A stretch of 64,000 nt of DNA from the NCBI GenBank assembly GCA_965249485.1, contig OZ252239.1, positions 2,048,001 through 2,112,000 of the forward strand. Reading direction: 5' to 3'. The translations under genes were made by a program, and so were the position numbers. The stretch comes from a bacterium (GTDB lineage Bacteria; SM23-31). This document shows, piece by piece, positions 41,577 through 51,999 of the stretch. The notes beneath the pieces were generated by a model. The model searched no databases. It was not told the origin of the DNA and saw only the letters and a program-made list of their open reading frames with translations. The first letter of the stretch is position 1, and the number at the start of each line of letters is the position of its first letter.

Positions 41577-42069
41577 TTCAACCTCCTTTTTAGTGTCACA
41601 ATTCCTCCTGTGACCTCGTTAAACCTTTCTCAATATGTGCCGGGAACAGGCACGTAACAGTCAAGCAATCGCACACTACTTGCTGATACAGGATTCGGGC
41701 CTTGTGGACACTCTATCCTAAACTGAAATGGTGGTTTAAACGTTCCATAATGCCCATTCTCGAAATTCTCATATTATTAAATTTCAATAAAATTTTCTTA
41801 CAGAATAGTTATTTTATCCGGTTTGAACTTGTACCATGGCATAGCTTTTCCGGCTTATGAAGCTTATTCAAACCTTCTACCGGATATTTTGTCCAACAGC
41901 TCATATTCGACAGCGAAAGAGGCCATCCTCTTCTTAAAAAGAGTATATGACATGTACATTTATGTCCCTTTTTAATTAGGCACTCTTAGAAACCTAACAA
42001 TAATAAAGGATTTGCTGGAGATTTGAAAAATTGTAATATTGCAATAATAAACTTCTATAGAGCTTGACG

Positions 42070-43401
42070 TTAACGAATTAAATTAATCCGATCGATTGGT
42101 GGATAGAGCCACTCCACGCCGTTTTCGGTGATAATTACATCGTCTTCGAGGCCAAAAATCAATTTTTTACCACCCCATTCGGGTAATGGCACTAATACAA
42201 AGAACTCAAATGCTAAAAGGTGTGTTGGTTTAAGTACCATCTCACGGCGAAGAGGTTTTTCTGTCCAAATCGCAGGACCAACACCATGAACAAAGTTTCC
42301 AACGCTGTGCATACCAATGTTGACCTGAGTGTTTTCGCTGTCGGTGATATCGAATTCTATTTCACTTCGTTCAAATCCAGCCTCTTCCAATTTGCGATAG
42401 AGAAGCTCAAGCGTTTCAATACCGGTACGGCCAGGTTTGACATGTTTTCGGAGAATATTACGCACTTTCACTCCCTGCTCGAAAGTGTTTTTAATCGAAG
42501 AGGGTAAGTTGGTTTCTCCTTCCTTGAGAACATACGCATGACGTTTTATATCAGCATAGTAGTTCATTATGTTAAAACTTTCGTCCATGCTCAGTAAGTC
42601 ACCCCGTTGGATGATATAATCTATGGAACGGGCCCTCTGAGGATAACTAACACCGGGAAATCCTGAAGATGTGGGCGTGGGTGTAGGTTTATGTCCAAGA
42701 GATAGCAGTTGATCCGCAACCCACCAGCCAACGTCCTCCCGAGTCGTTACACCCGGTGTAATAACCTCATTTGATAAGGCCCTCTCCATAATATTGGCAG
42801 TCAATTCAGCTACTTCTTTGAAAAGAGCAATTTCACTGGCCACCCTTCTCGAACGGAAGTCAGTGATAAGCTTCTCAGCCGAAACAAGCCTTTCTGCATA
42901 CTTCTCGCCCAGAGCCTTGACCAGAGACAGGTAACTGGTATAAGAAAGTCCGTCTGCTGCCCCAACTCTCCCTGACATATTAATCCCGATGCGTTTGGGA
43001 TCACGTTCAGCAACAAACTGTCTCAGGTCCCCTGCCGATCCGGAGATATCGTAAATATCACTATGTAGAAGCCCAACACCTAAGGTTGCCCGTTCGATCC
43101 TTTCACTACCGCGGTCCGTAAAAATGATATAACCCAGAAATTCCGCAATACTCCATTTATCAGAAGGCATTCCAAGGCCCAAGTCTTCGGAGAGCGGGTC
43201 TGGACGTCCAAACTTCATCACTACGATCCACATATCGATATCATTCTCCCGCATAGCCTCGGGCAAAATGAGATCGAGCTTCTCAGAGCGAATCAGATTC
43301 ATCATATCCCAGCGAGCTTTTGCTTCTTGTGCTTGAACATGGAATCCTTGGACAAGGAAAAGGATTGAAAAAAATGTGAGTACGATCCATGTCTTACGCA
43401 T
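42070..43401 (-). CDS. Secreted M24 metallopeptidase, paralog 4 (canonical ligands)
   Basis: SMD..YAD, GMHSVG, AFEF, GLEDD give D,D,H,E,E; ATG 43401 follows a GAGGTG RBS. Confidence 0.85.
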   Translation of the reverse strand: MRKTWIVLTFFSILFLVQGFHVQAQEAKARWDMMNLIRSEKLDLILPEAMRENDIDMWIVVMKFGRPDPLSEDLGLGMPSDKWSIAEFLGYIIFTDRGSERIERATLGVGLLHSDIYDISGSAGDLRQFVAERDPKRIGINMSGRVGAADGLSYTSYLSLVKALGEKYAERLVSAEKLITDFRSRRVASEIALFKEVAELTANIMERALSNEVITPGVTTREDVGWWVADQLLSLGHKPTPTPTSSGFPGVSYPQRARSIDYIIQRGDLLSMDESFNIMNYYADIKRHAYVLKEGETNLPSSIKNTFEQGVKVRNILRKHVKPGRTGIETLELLYRKLEEAGFERSEIEFDITDSENTQVNIGMHSVGNFVHGVGPAIWTEKPLRREMVLKPTHLLAFEFFVLVPLPEWGGKKLIFGLEDDVIITENGVEWLYPPIDRINLIR

Positions 43402-43529
43402 AATGTGCACCTCTTTATAATGATTTGTATGTGTCTTTCCTTAGTATTTTTTGCAGAAATTAATCATTTCGACCATTTAAATCTTATTCACTATACTTCG
43501 CCAGAATACTAAATCTTTTGTTGGTCTAA

Positions 43530-43680
43530 ACTTATTTGGTGTCTGAAAATATTCAACCCCCTTGCTCGTAATAATTTGAGGATTTGAAATATTAAATGCA
43601 AGGGGATAGGAGGGTTGTCTGGCAACATTTTTATGAACCATATATTCAAAAACAAAGAGATGATTCTCCTGAATTTTCAA
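43530..43680 (-). pseudogene. 3' fragment of an M24-like paralog
   Basis: IQENHLFVFEYMV..LAFNISNPQIITSKGVEYFQTP aligns to LKPTHLLAFEFFV..IFGLEDDVIITENGVEWLYPP. Confidence 0.75.
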
Positions 43681-43999
43681 ATGATGTGTGAATATACAAA
43701 ATGACCCCTCTCACTCGAGTTGATGTTATTATTACCTATACTGTGATTATCTATGGAAAATCCTGGTAAATGATTAGCAATGCCAGAGCCTATTTTTTTG
43801 CAATTTGCAAAAATCTCAATTTATTGCCACATTGAGTCCATTTGTTCTGTAGCGCTACAAACATAATGTGAAAAAGGAGGACAATTATAAAAGCTTGCAT
43901 AGACTAAATGTACCTCTTAACTATTAATCCAATGACTCTTACATGTTCTTACGAAGTACATGTAACAGCGGAACCCTGAATAAATTGGAGAATATAGTA

Positions 44000-45182
44000 A
44001 TGACAAAGATAGTGAATTCCTGGAATGAGTGGGACCCATTGAAGCGTGTGATAATAGGAAGACCTGAAGGTACAAATATTCCTGCTCCTGAGCCGGCATG
44101 GTGGTATGATCTTCCTGATGCCGGTTATCCGCTGGGCTCGTTCGGGCCGTTCCCACAGGAGATGGTGGATAAGGCAAACGAGCAGATGGACTATTTCGTA
44201 AAGCAGCTGGAGTCGCGGGGTGTTATCGTTGACCGGGTAGAAATTCAAGATTTTATGCACAGCGAACCGGTTTCTACTCCGGATTGGATACAGCTTAACA
44301 ACCATGGTATCAACAACGTACGCGATGTCACAATGATACATGGCAAATATATTGTTGAATCAACCACTACCCGCCGCTCGCGGTGGTATGAGTATCTGAA
44401 CCTGAGGCCGATCTTTGAACGTTACTTTAAAGAGGATCCTGAAATGGTCCATTTTGCCGCACCCAAACCGCGGCAAACGGACGAGTCCTACGTTAAAAAT
44501 TACTACTATGACTTTAACAATGTTTGGACAGCTGAAGAAAAGCGTCAGAAATTATATAATTGGGAGTTCCAATTATCGGAAAAGGAGCCGCTCTGGGATG
44601 CTGCGGATGCGATGCGGTTTGGTAAGGACATCTTCCACCAGTGTTCAAGCGTAACCAATAGAGTAGGTATGGACTGGCTAAAGCGGATGTTTTCGGCTCT
44701 TGGCATCAGGCTCCACCATGTACTGTTCGACACTCCTGAGGATCTCAAAAAACCGAACAACTTTCCATCCATGGCATATCGATGTGACCTTCGTGCCTTT
44801 ACGTCCCGGGCTGGTGATATATAATCCGGATTGGAATCCGCGGACACAGGAGACATTAGATTTGTTCGAAAAGAACGATTGGGAGCTGGTTCCCGCGGCA
44901 AGACCGGTACACGTGAACAAGAGTCACTGTTTATTGTTCGGTACGTATAATGAACCATCCTGGATCTCCATGAACACCTTCTCGATCGATTCGAAGACGA
45001 TCTGTGTCGAGGCGCATGAGACCGCTTATATGGAGCAGCTTGACAAACTCGGGATGGAGGTTGTCCCGATTCCGTACGAGCATGTGATACCGTTTGGCGG
45101 AGCTTTACACTGTACCACTTTGGACGTGTATCGTGAAGGTAATTGTGAAGACTACTTTCCGAAGCAGATTGCGGGGTATTAA
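44000..45182 (+). pseudogene. Amidinotransferase (glycine/inosamine-phosphate family) with one +1 frameshift near 44762 (or a sequencing error)
   Basis: VNSWNEWDPLKRVIIG, NVRD, WDAAD, WHID, GGALHCTTLD; removing one base in AACTTTCCATCC restores NNFHPWHID. Confidence 0.88.
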
Positions 45183-45670
45183 TGTGCCTCAACTTAGTAA
45201 TGTGAACACTCTGTGTTAAAAAGGAAGAGATATTTTTAGTTTATCTCTTTTAAAGAGTTGGTATGGGGCATTTATACTAAACAATTGTACTTAATTGTGT
45301 TTACCCGACACAATTTTAATTCAATTCTTTCGTTGACCTTAATTCTAAGCTTCTGCAGTTTAGAAAAGGTTGAATCCGTATCGACTGAAATTACAAAGAG
45401 CAATGTTCAGACACAAAGTGATGACGAACGAAGAGACTTGCAGGAATTGGAGCATCGGATTCGTCTCATTGCCTGATGGTTAGCAAATCGTACAAAACAG
45501 GCTGCAGGAAACACTTGAAATAGACATATGTATATTTTACCATTTATATCATACTCTTCAATACAATCTAACCAAATACAACACCTCTTAAAAAGCATTG
45601 TATTACAACACAAACTCTATTAATTATCTATTAGAATATAGATTGGAGAAAATTAGAAAGGAAATATGTA

Positions 45671-46698
45671 ATGGAATACAGAGTATTGGGTCGAACAGGT
45701 TTGAAAATTTCTCCCATTTGTTTTGGTACGGGAAACTTTGCCGAACCGACACCGGAAGAAGAAGCAAAAAAAATGATTAACCGGGGTTTGGATGCCGGTG
45801 TAAATCTACTCGGTACTGGCAACATTTACGCAAATGGTGAGGGGGAACGGATAATCGGACGAGCTCTGAAAGAAAACGGTCGGCGCCAGCAAACGCTTAT
45901 CTGTACAAAAATATTTCCGGGACCATTTGATGTATCACACCATATACACCCGGTCATGATCCCAATGACCAGGGCCACTCAAGATTTAGCATTATTAATG
46001 AATGTGAGGCCTGTTTAAATCGCCTTCAAACCGATTATATTGATTTTTACCTGACACATCGCCAAGATCCAACTATTCCGTTTGAAGAGACGCTCAGTGC
46101 ATTCAGTGACCTTATTCGTGCCGGCAAAGTTCGGTATATCGGCTGTTCGACACATCCTGCCTGGGCAGTAATGGAATCAGTTATGATAAGTAAGATGAAC
46201 GGATATGCCCAATATATCGTGGAAGAATCACCGTATAATTTACTCGACCGGCGCATTGAAAATGAACTTATACCAATGTGCCAGAAGTATGGACTTGGCA
46301 TCATAACATGGGGACCGATTGCAATGGGTGTACTTGCAGGCCGGTATTCCGATTCGACAAAATATCCCAAAGGATCAAGGGCAGATCTCATCGGCAGTTA
46401 TTATACAGATCGCGTGACTGATCGGGGTATTCAAGTGGGAGTCAAGTTCGCAAAAATAGCAAAAGAAGCCGGCATTTCACCTGCACAACTGGTACTACTC
46501 TGGTGCAAAGACCAACCGGGGGTTACAGCACCGCTTATGGGACCTCGAACCCTGGAACAGCTTGAGCATTTTCTGCCTGTTCTTGAGATGAAACTGGACG
46601 ATGAAATACGGGCAGCATGTGATGCACTGGTACCACCCGGGAGCACGGTGGCAAATTTTCATAACACTGCAGGTTGGATGAAAGCAAAAATTATCTGA
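45671..46698 (+). pseudogene. Aldo/keto reductase, frameshifted near 45945
   Basis: YRVLGRTGLKIS, then [21 protein letters not shown]; the usual catalytic Asp of DTA.xY reads GTGNIY. Confidence 0.85.
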
Positions 46699-46741
46699 TA
46701 AGGAAATGATTATTTCTATACTGTTTTCTATCGGAGATAAC

Positions 46742-46846
46742 GATGAGAGCCATTTAAATTTACATTTTCATGACGGTGCGTATCTCACCGAACGTTGAGT
46801 CGAATATTATTCTCCGCTACCTCTTGAAATTCGTCTTATTCGCTGA
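46742..46846 (+). pseudogene. 3' fragment of an M24-like paralog (not in the ORF track)
   Basis: DESHLNLHFHDGAYLTER*VEYYSPLPLEIRLIR* versus NLWFHDGAIVTERGVEFLSPPPTEIRLIR* of paralog 3. Confidence 0.85.
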
Positions 46847-47053
46847 TGGTTTGCAAATAGTACAGCCAGCGGAGCAGAATTCACTTGTAAAAGTATAAAA
46901 CATATATTACCATTTATTTCAAAGTATCCCGTACGCTCTGAAAAAGTACATCACATTTTAGCAAAGTGTCCTCTTTAAACTCAAGTCCAAATTATTTTCA
47001 ATAATAGAATTGATATGGGAAATGTCAAATCAATCGTTAATGAGGTTAACTAC

Positions 47054-48115
47054 ATGTTGAAAATAAACGTTATCATTTTCGCGATTCTTACCATGATATC
47101 ATCTGTATGCTTTTCTCAGGATTTACGCCGCAATGCAAACTGGCTCATACCTAAACAGGATGTCATGTCGGGCGGTGTTCCGAAGGACGGTATTCCTTCT
47201 CTGGAAAATCCGGCGTTGATCCAAGCGGCAGACGCAGGATATCTATTGAATGACGACCTGATATTCGGTGTCGTTGTCAACGGTGAACCGCGTGCATATC
47301 CACTTAAAATTCTCGATCGTCACGAAATAGTCAATGATGAAATTAATGGCGATCCCGTCACCATATTATATTGTCCGCTGACCGGTTCCGGTGTGGGCTG
47401 GAATCCGGTGATTGATGGACAAAAAACCGAATTTGGTGTTTCCGGTTTACTCTATAATTCCAATCTAATAGCGTACGACAGATCGACCGACAGTTTCTGG
47501 TCACAAATGGGCTTGCAATGTGTGCAGGGAGAACTGAAAGGACACAAGCCCGAAACGATTCCACTTATAGAGACAACATGGAAGACCTGGAAAGAGATGT
47601 ATCCGGATTCCAAAGTCATGTCAGACAAGACCGGAGTTTACCCAAGCTATGACGAGTATCCCTATATTATCTCCGGAAAAGATTACAGAGAAGATGAAAT
47701 CATCATGTTTCCTGTCAGTACGGATGATAAACGGCTGCACAGAAAAGACAAAGTACACGGTGTAATTGTAGGGGAAACGTCAAAAGTTTACAGGATTAAA
47801 AAATTTTCGCGTTCAATGGAAACCGTCAATGATGTGATAGATTCGGTCCCCATCGTTGTAGTAGGAAGCAGGAAAAAAAAATTTGCTATGTCATTTGAAA
47901 GGAGCTTAGAGGACGGTACCATTCTCGAATTTTCCCCGGTGAAAAACCAACTTCCCGTTGCAATGGAGGATAATGAAGGCACACTGTGGGACGTTTTTGG
48001 TTATGCAGCATCAGGACCAAGAAAAGGAACCCTGCTTAAACTGACGGAATCGTTCACTGCATACTGGTTTGCATGGGGTACTTTTTATCCGGATGCTGAA
48101 ATATATAAAAAATAA
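47054..48115 (+). CDS. DUF3179 family secreted protein
   Basis: GGVPKDGIPSL, RAYP..IL..HEIVND, YCPLTG, FGVSGLLYNSNL, YDR.TDS.WSQ, YWFAW. Confidence 0.88.
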   Translation: MLKINVIIFAILTMISSVCFSQDLRRNANWLIPKQDVMSGGVPKDGIPSLENPALIQAADAGYLLNDDLIFGVVVNGEPRAYPLKILDRHEIVNDEINGDPVTILYCPLTGSGVGWNPVIDGQKTEFGVSGLLYNSNLIAYDRSTDSFWSQMGLQCVQGELKGHKPETIPLIETTWKTWKEMYPDSKVMSDKTGVYPSYDEYPYIISGKDYREDEIIMFPVSTDDKRLHRKDKVHGVIVGETSKVYRIKKFSRSMETVNDVIDSVPIVVVGSRKKKFAMSFERSLEDGTILEFSPVKNQLPVAMEDNEGTLWDVFGYAASGPRKGTLLKLTESFTAYWFAWGTFYPDAEIYKK

Positions 48116-48331
48116 AAGCGATTCGCTGCAACAGTCACGTGCAAACGCTGGTTATGCCTTTTACATTTTAGAAACCATTTTTATAGCAGCTAATTCGCTT
48201 TTTCTGAATTGTAATCCGGCAACATACCTACTACCCATTTCCCGAATAGCAACCTCTGCGTTCTGAATATTCATTGTGTCAACATGTAGCTAAAATAATA
48301 CCACTTGACCATATAAAATTCGATTTCACTT

Positions 48332-49057
48332 TCAATTATTTGAGAAAGTCGATCTCGATTTCTTGATATAATCTGCCATGGTAACAATTTCATTCAAACC
48401 TTCCAGTTTCATTATTTCTATTCTGTCATTATTCACTGATAGAAAATCATCCGCGATCAGCGCATAAAACTCTTCGGAAAACAGTACATTCCAACCGGTC
48501 TCATCAGGGTACTCTTTTTTATCGTAAAGATTGGAATTACTATACTTTAAATCCGCTAATCCCTCAATGACCTGTCTGACACTGAGCGAAGTGGTATTGT
48601 ACTTACCAGACAGATGCAGAAGTGTTTGTACTTTCTTAAGATTATATTTCCTTACTGTGAGGTCATAGTTAGTTATTTTATACGTCTCATCAGATATGAG
48701 ATTTTCACCAAAAGCTTTTTTTAAATTCCAGGCTGAGAATTCATAATATGTTAAGATCATATTTACTATGTCGTAGCTTTCCTCGGATTCATATAAGGAA
48801 TCCTGGAACAATACAAAATATCTAAATGTTCTGTCGTAGTCATACCCCATATCTTCGACTGTCATTTTTGCAGCCATGTATGATATTAACGGTGCTGCGC
48901 AATTATTCGCTTTTATTATATTTAACGTGTATTCGTCAGCAAAATTGTTTAAGGTAGTCTGATTTAATTGCATTCTCTCTTGCGAAAATCCTTCCGAAGA
49001 GCAGATCAAATAAAATAGTATAATAAAGACAATTTTATTGGGAATTACAGTTTTCAT
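48332..49057 (-). CDS. Hypothetical secreted protein
   Basis: 241-aa ORF with a signal-peptide-like N-terminus. Confidence 0.6.
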   Translation of the reverse strand: MKTVIPNKIVFIILFYLICSSEGFSQERMQLNQTTLNNFADEYTLNIIKANNCAAPLISYMAAKMTVEDMGYDYDRTFRYFVLFQDSLYESEESYDIVNMILTYYEFSAWNLKKAFGENLISDETYKITNYDLTVRKYNLKKVQTLLHLSGKYNTTSLSVRQVIEGLADLKYSNSNLYDKKEYPDETGWNVLFSEEFYALIADDFLSVNNDRIEIMKLEGLNEIVTMADYIKKSRSTFSNN

Positions 49058-49188
49058 ATAACTTTTAATATTATTGATTAAAAATCGTACTTTATGTTAA
49101 GATCATAATCCTATAAGTAATTCTACCTAAGTCAATTGTAGTTGCCAATATTGACATTGACGTTTACATCCCATTAAACTAAATAGTA

Positions 49189-50526
49189 TTACGTTAAGAC
49201 AGGTGAAATAGGTGATGTGCCGTTATCCAGGTTGGCATGCGCCTCAAATATTTTATTTATAATCTTCAGATCATAAGGACACACATCTTCGCATTTTCCA
49301 CAGCTGTCACACGCTGAAGCTTTAATCCCTCCCGGTAGCTGATTATAAAGATCTTTTGCCAGGGATACCTGGTTATAATTATTATGATATAAACGATAAC
49401 GTAAAAGATCTGGAATAGGAATATTCTTCGGGCAAGCAGGTATGCATTCCGCACACAATCTACAATAATCCTTGTCAGCAAGGCTAGCGTATTGTTCCAT
49501 TATATCATCTTGTATGTCGGATGTGAATTGATCACGTGTTTTGACAGCTTCTACGTTATCAATTACTTGTTGCACTCTGTCCATCCCTATCGCACATGTT
49601 GTAAGATTCGGATTGCCAAGATTCCATCGTATCAACGCCTGATAAAGGTTATTTGGACCGTATTTCCTGAGTTTTTTCTGAATTTCCTGTATTTCCGGGT
49701 CATGCGTCTCTTTAGCCCAATAAGGAATAAAATTTCCAGTCATGGTTTTAATGGCAATAACACCCACGTCCCTTTCTTTTGCCAATTCAAACAATCTATC
49801 GGTACCGACAGGGTCGTTTGATCCTTGTTTAATCATGCTAAGCCGGTTATATGGTTTCATTAAAAAGTCAACATAACCATTCCTGATAGCCCATTCATGA
49901 TTACGAGGGTTATGTCCGCTCATTCCTATGAAGTTTATCAATCCCTCTTCCTGAATTTTTTTCATAACTTCGAAACTTTCGTGGGTACCGAAACCATCAG
50001 AAAAAGAGAAATCGATGTGATCAGTTTGCAATAGTTTAAGGCTATTGTCAATCATATCACGCATCTCTTTTTCATTGCCCTGTTCTAATGATATGGCAAA
50101 ATAAAACTCATCACGCCTGCCTTTCAAGGCTTCACCCAAAAGCTCTTGTGTATTATGATAGCTGGGAGCGGTCGTAACAAGATTACCACCAAGATCGAGG
50201 AGTTTGTTTACCACATCTCCTTTTTCCCTCCGCCACTTTTCAAACAAAAAACGGCCAAGTGTTCTGGATAGAGAAAGACTGGCACATCCCAATCCGATTT
50301 CTGATACCATAATATTAGTTCTGCCAAATCTTCTATATTTCATCCCTGTTTCAGGTTTGTATTGCGGGGTGTTGCTCTGGCTAGCATTTGGTGTATCATT
50401 ACCTGTGTCAGAAAGAATACCAGGCACATTTAAAGTAGTTCCAACTACGGCAGCACTGCTGAACTTCATAAAATCCCGTCTATCCATATTTTCTTTTCTT
50501 GAATTTCTAATTTTCTTCTTTGACAT
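49189..50526 (-). CDS. Tat-exported aldo/keto reductase-fold protein with C-terminal 2x[4Fe-4S] domain
   Basis: DRRDFMK, YRRFGRT..SEIGLG, LQTDHID, CRLCAECIPACP, CDSCGKCEDVCP. Confidence 0.85.
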   Translation of the reverse strand: MSKKKIRNSRKENMDRRDFMKFSSAAVVGTTLNVPGILSDTGNDTPNASQSNTPQYKPETGMKYRRFGRTNIMVSEIGLGCASLSLSRTLGRFLFEKWRREKGDVVNKLLDLGGNLVTTAPSYHNTQELLGEALKGRRDEFYFAISLEQGNEKEMRDMIDNSLKLLQTDHIDFSFSDGFGTHESFEVMKKIQEEGLINFIGMSGHNPRNHEWAIRNGYVDFLMKPYNRLSMIKQGSNDPVGTDRLFELAKERDVGVIAIKTMTGNFIPYWAKETHDPEIQEIQKKLRKYGPNNLYQALIRWNLGNPNLTTCAIGMDRVQQVIDNVEAVKTRDQFTSDIQDDIMEQYASLADKDYCRLCAECIPACPKNIPIPDLLRYRLYHNNYNQVSLAKDLYNQLPGGIKASACDSCGKCEDVCPYDLKIINKIFEAHANLDNGTSPISPVLT

Positions 50527-50562
50527 TTTATCTCCTATTGCATACTTAGTCTGTAATTATAT

Positions 50563-51999
50563 TTACATTTTTAACGATTTAAAAGTGACTGCAGGGGGAT
50601 TTGCAAAGTCTTGAGCAATACGTTCATTGAGTTCCATGTCAGGACGTCCGTCATGAATTAAAATTCTATATACAAGATTAAGAGGATTATCCATAACAAC
50701 AGTGTGAGGACCGTTCTTTGTAAAAGCGTAACCAAAGTAGGGGATTTTTGAGTTAATTGCCACCGGAGTCGGATATTTCTGATTTGAGGGATGATCGAAC
50801 ATCGCAAGTCCGCCCCAGTTATTACCGAGAGGTCCTGATAAATCGACCCACCTGGCTGCGGTTCCATCACCATCAATGCGGTTTTTCCCTTCACTTGTCA
50901 ATACATCGAGAGAAACACCATCGGAATACCATTCAGCTTTGCCGCTAAATGCGATTGTACTGTTGTTACTCTGTAACAATTCCATGGAAGTACCCTCAAC
51001 GACATTTCCTTCCTCGTCAATAATTCCGGTTGCGCCTTCTTCTAATGGGATATATCGCATGTTTTCTGGGATTGAATTTTGTCTGATCGCTATATCTACA
51101 AGCTGTAATTTTTCTTCCAACAACGAATACGCTTTTATAATGTATAATTCTCGAAACATTGTATTTCCATTGTGAAGACCTTTATTGATAAATTCAAGAG
51201 ATGTGAAAACAGGCCCTTCTGTAATACTTGGCCCAAGCTCATCCGGTACTTTTCTGCCCGGGTTATTACCCAGTTCCCAAAAATTAAGCCGTTTATTTAC
51301 GTATTGTATCGTATTCCAATAGTTGAACAATCCTGCGTGAGTGCCATATTCCGGAGATGATTCCCCAGTAATAATTTCCCCCGACGGAGTCCAGATTGGA
51401 TGGATAGAAAATGATCTGTCCATAGAACGTGAATTGCCGCCGTCTTGAACGACACCGTAGTTGTAACGTAATAAAGGCTTGTCGCCCTGATTGACCGTAA
51501 AATGTTTATTGTCAGAATCTTCAACGGTTACTGGACGTGAAAGAGATGACCCTTCTTCCAGCATAAGTTTAAACGTTCTCGTGGATCCTCTCGGAGTTTC
51601 CCCGGTCAAAGCCCAGACAAGTGCGCCTTCTCCCGGAACCGTTCTCCAGTCGAAATCTGCATGGTCATCCCATTGCACAATCGTTCTGGATTGTGATCCG
51701 CCCTCTTCGACAAGCACTAATTTGTTGTCTCTGAGAAGTTCCAAATCGGTCTCTTCATTTGTGTAATAGAAATACCCCTCTCGACGGAATTTCATCGGGT
51801 CGCCAAAAATCTTATCCGCCGTTGTCTGATAACGAATCAATGTATTGGTACGGTCATATTCCCCTGCATCAACCGTAATTGTCCCCAATTCTATACCGGG
51901 ACTCCCTTGTGGAGCACAACCGCTTGTTGCAATAACTACGGCAGTAAGCAACGCGCAGCAAAATTGGAGATGTAAACCCTTTGCAAAATTCTTATTCAT
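50563..51999 (-). CDS. DUF6807/PmoA-family (PF14100-like) lipoprotein
   Basis: Lipobox ATSGC; LLRYNY, IHPIWTPSG, H.GL, ARWVDLSG, FDHPSN..YP, YRILIHDG. Confidence 0.7.
   Translation of the reverse strand: MNKNFAKGLHLQFCCALLTAVVIATSGCAPQGSPGIELGTITVDAGEYDRTNTLIRYQTTADKIFGDPMKFRREGYFYYTNEETDLELLRDNKLVLVEEGGSQSRTIVQWDDHADFDWRTVPGEGALVWALTGETPRGSTRTFKLMLEEGSSLSRPVTVEDSDNKHFTVNQGDKPLLRYNYGVVQDGGNSRSMDRSFSIHPIWTPSGEIITGESSPEYGTHAGLFNYWNTIQYVNKRLNFWELGNNPGRKVPDELGPSITEGPVFTSLEFINKGLHNGNTMFRELYIIKAYSLLEEKLQLVDIAIRQNSIPENMRYIPLEEGATGIIDEEGNVVEGTSMELLQSNNSTIAFSGKAEWYSDGVSLDVLTSEGKNRIDGDGTAARWVDLSGPLGNNWGGLAMFDHPSNQKYPTPVAINSKIPYFGYAFTKNGPHTVVMDNPLNLVYRILIHDGRPDMELNERIAQDFANPPAVTFKSLKM

Noticed and set aside
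48164..48280. Short minus-strand ORF (IREMGSRYVAGLQF) resembling a PilZ C-terminus
   Set aside because: About 37 aa with no RxxxR motif; too weak.
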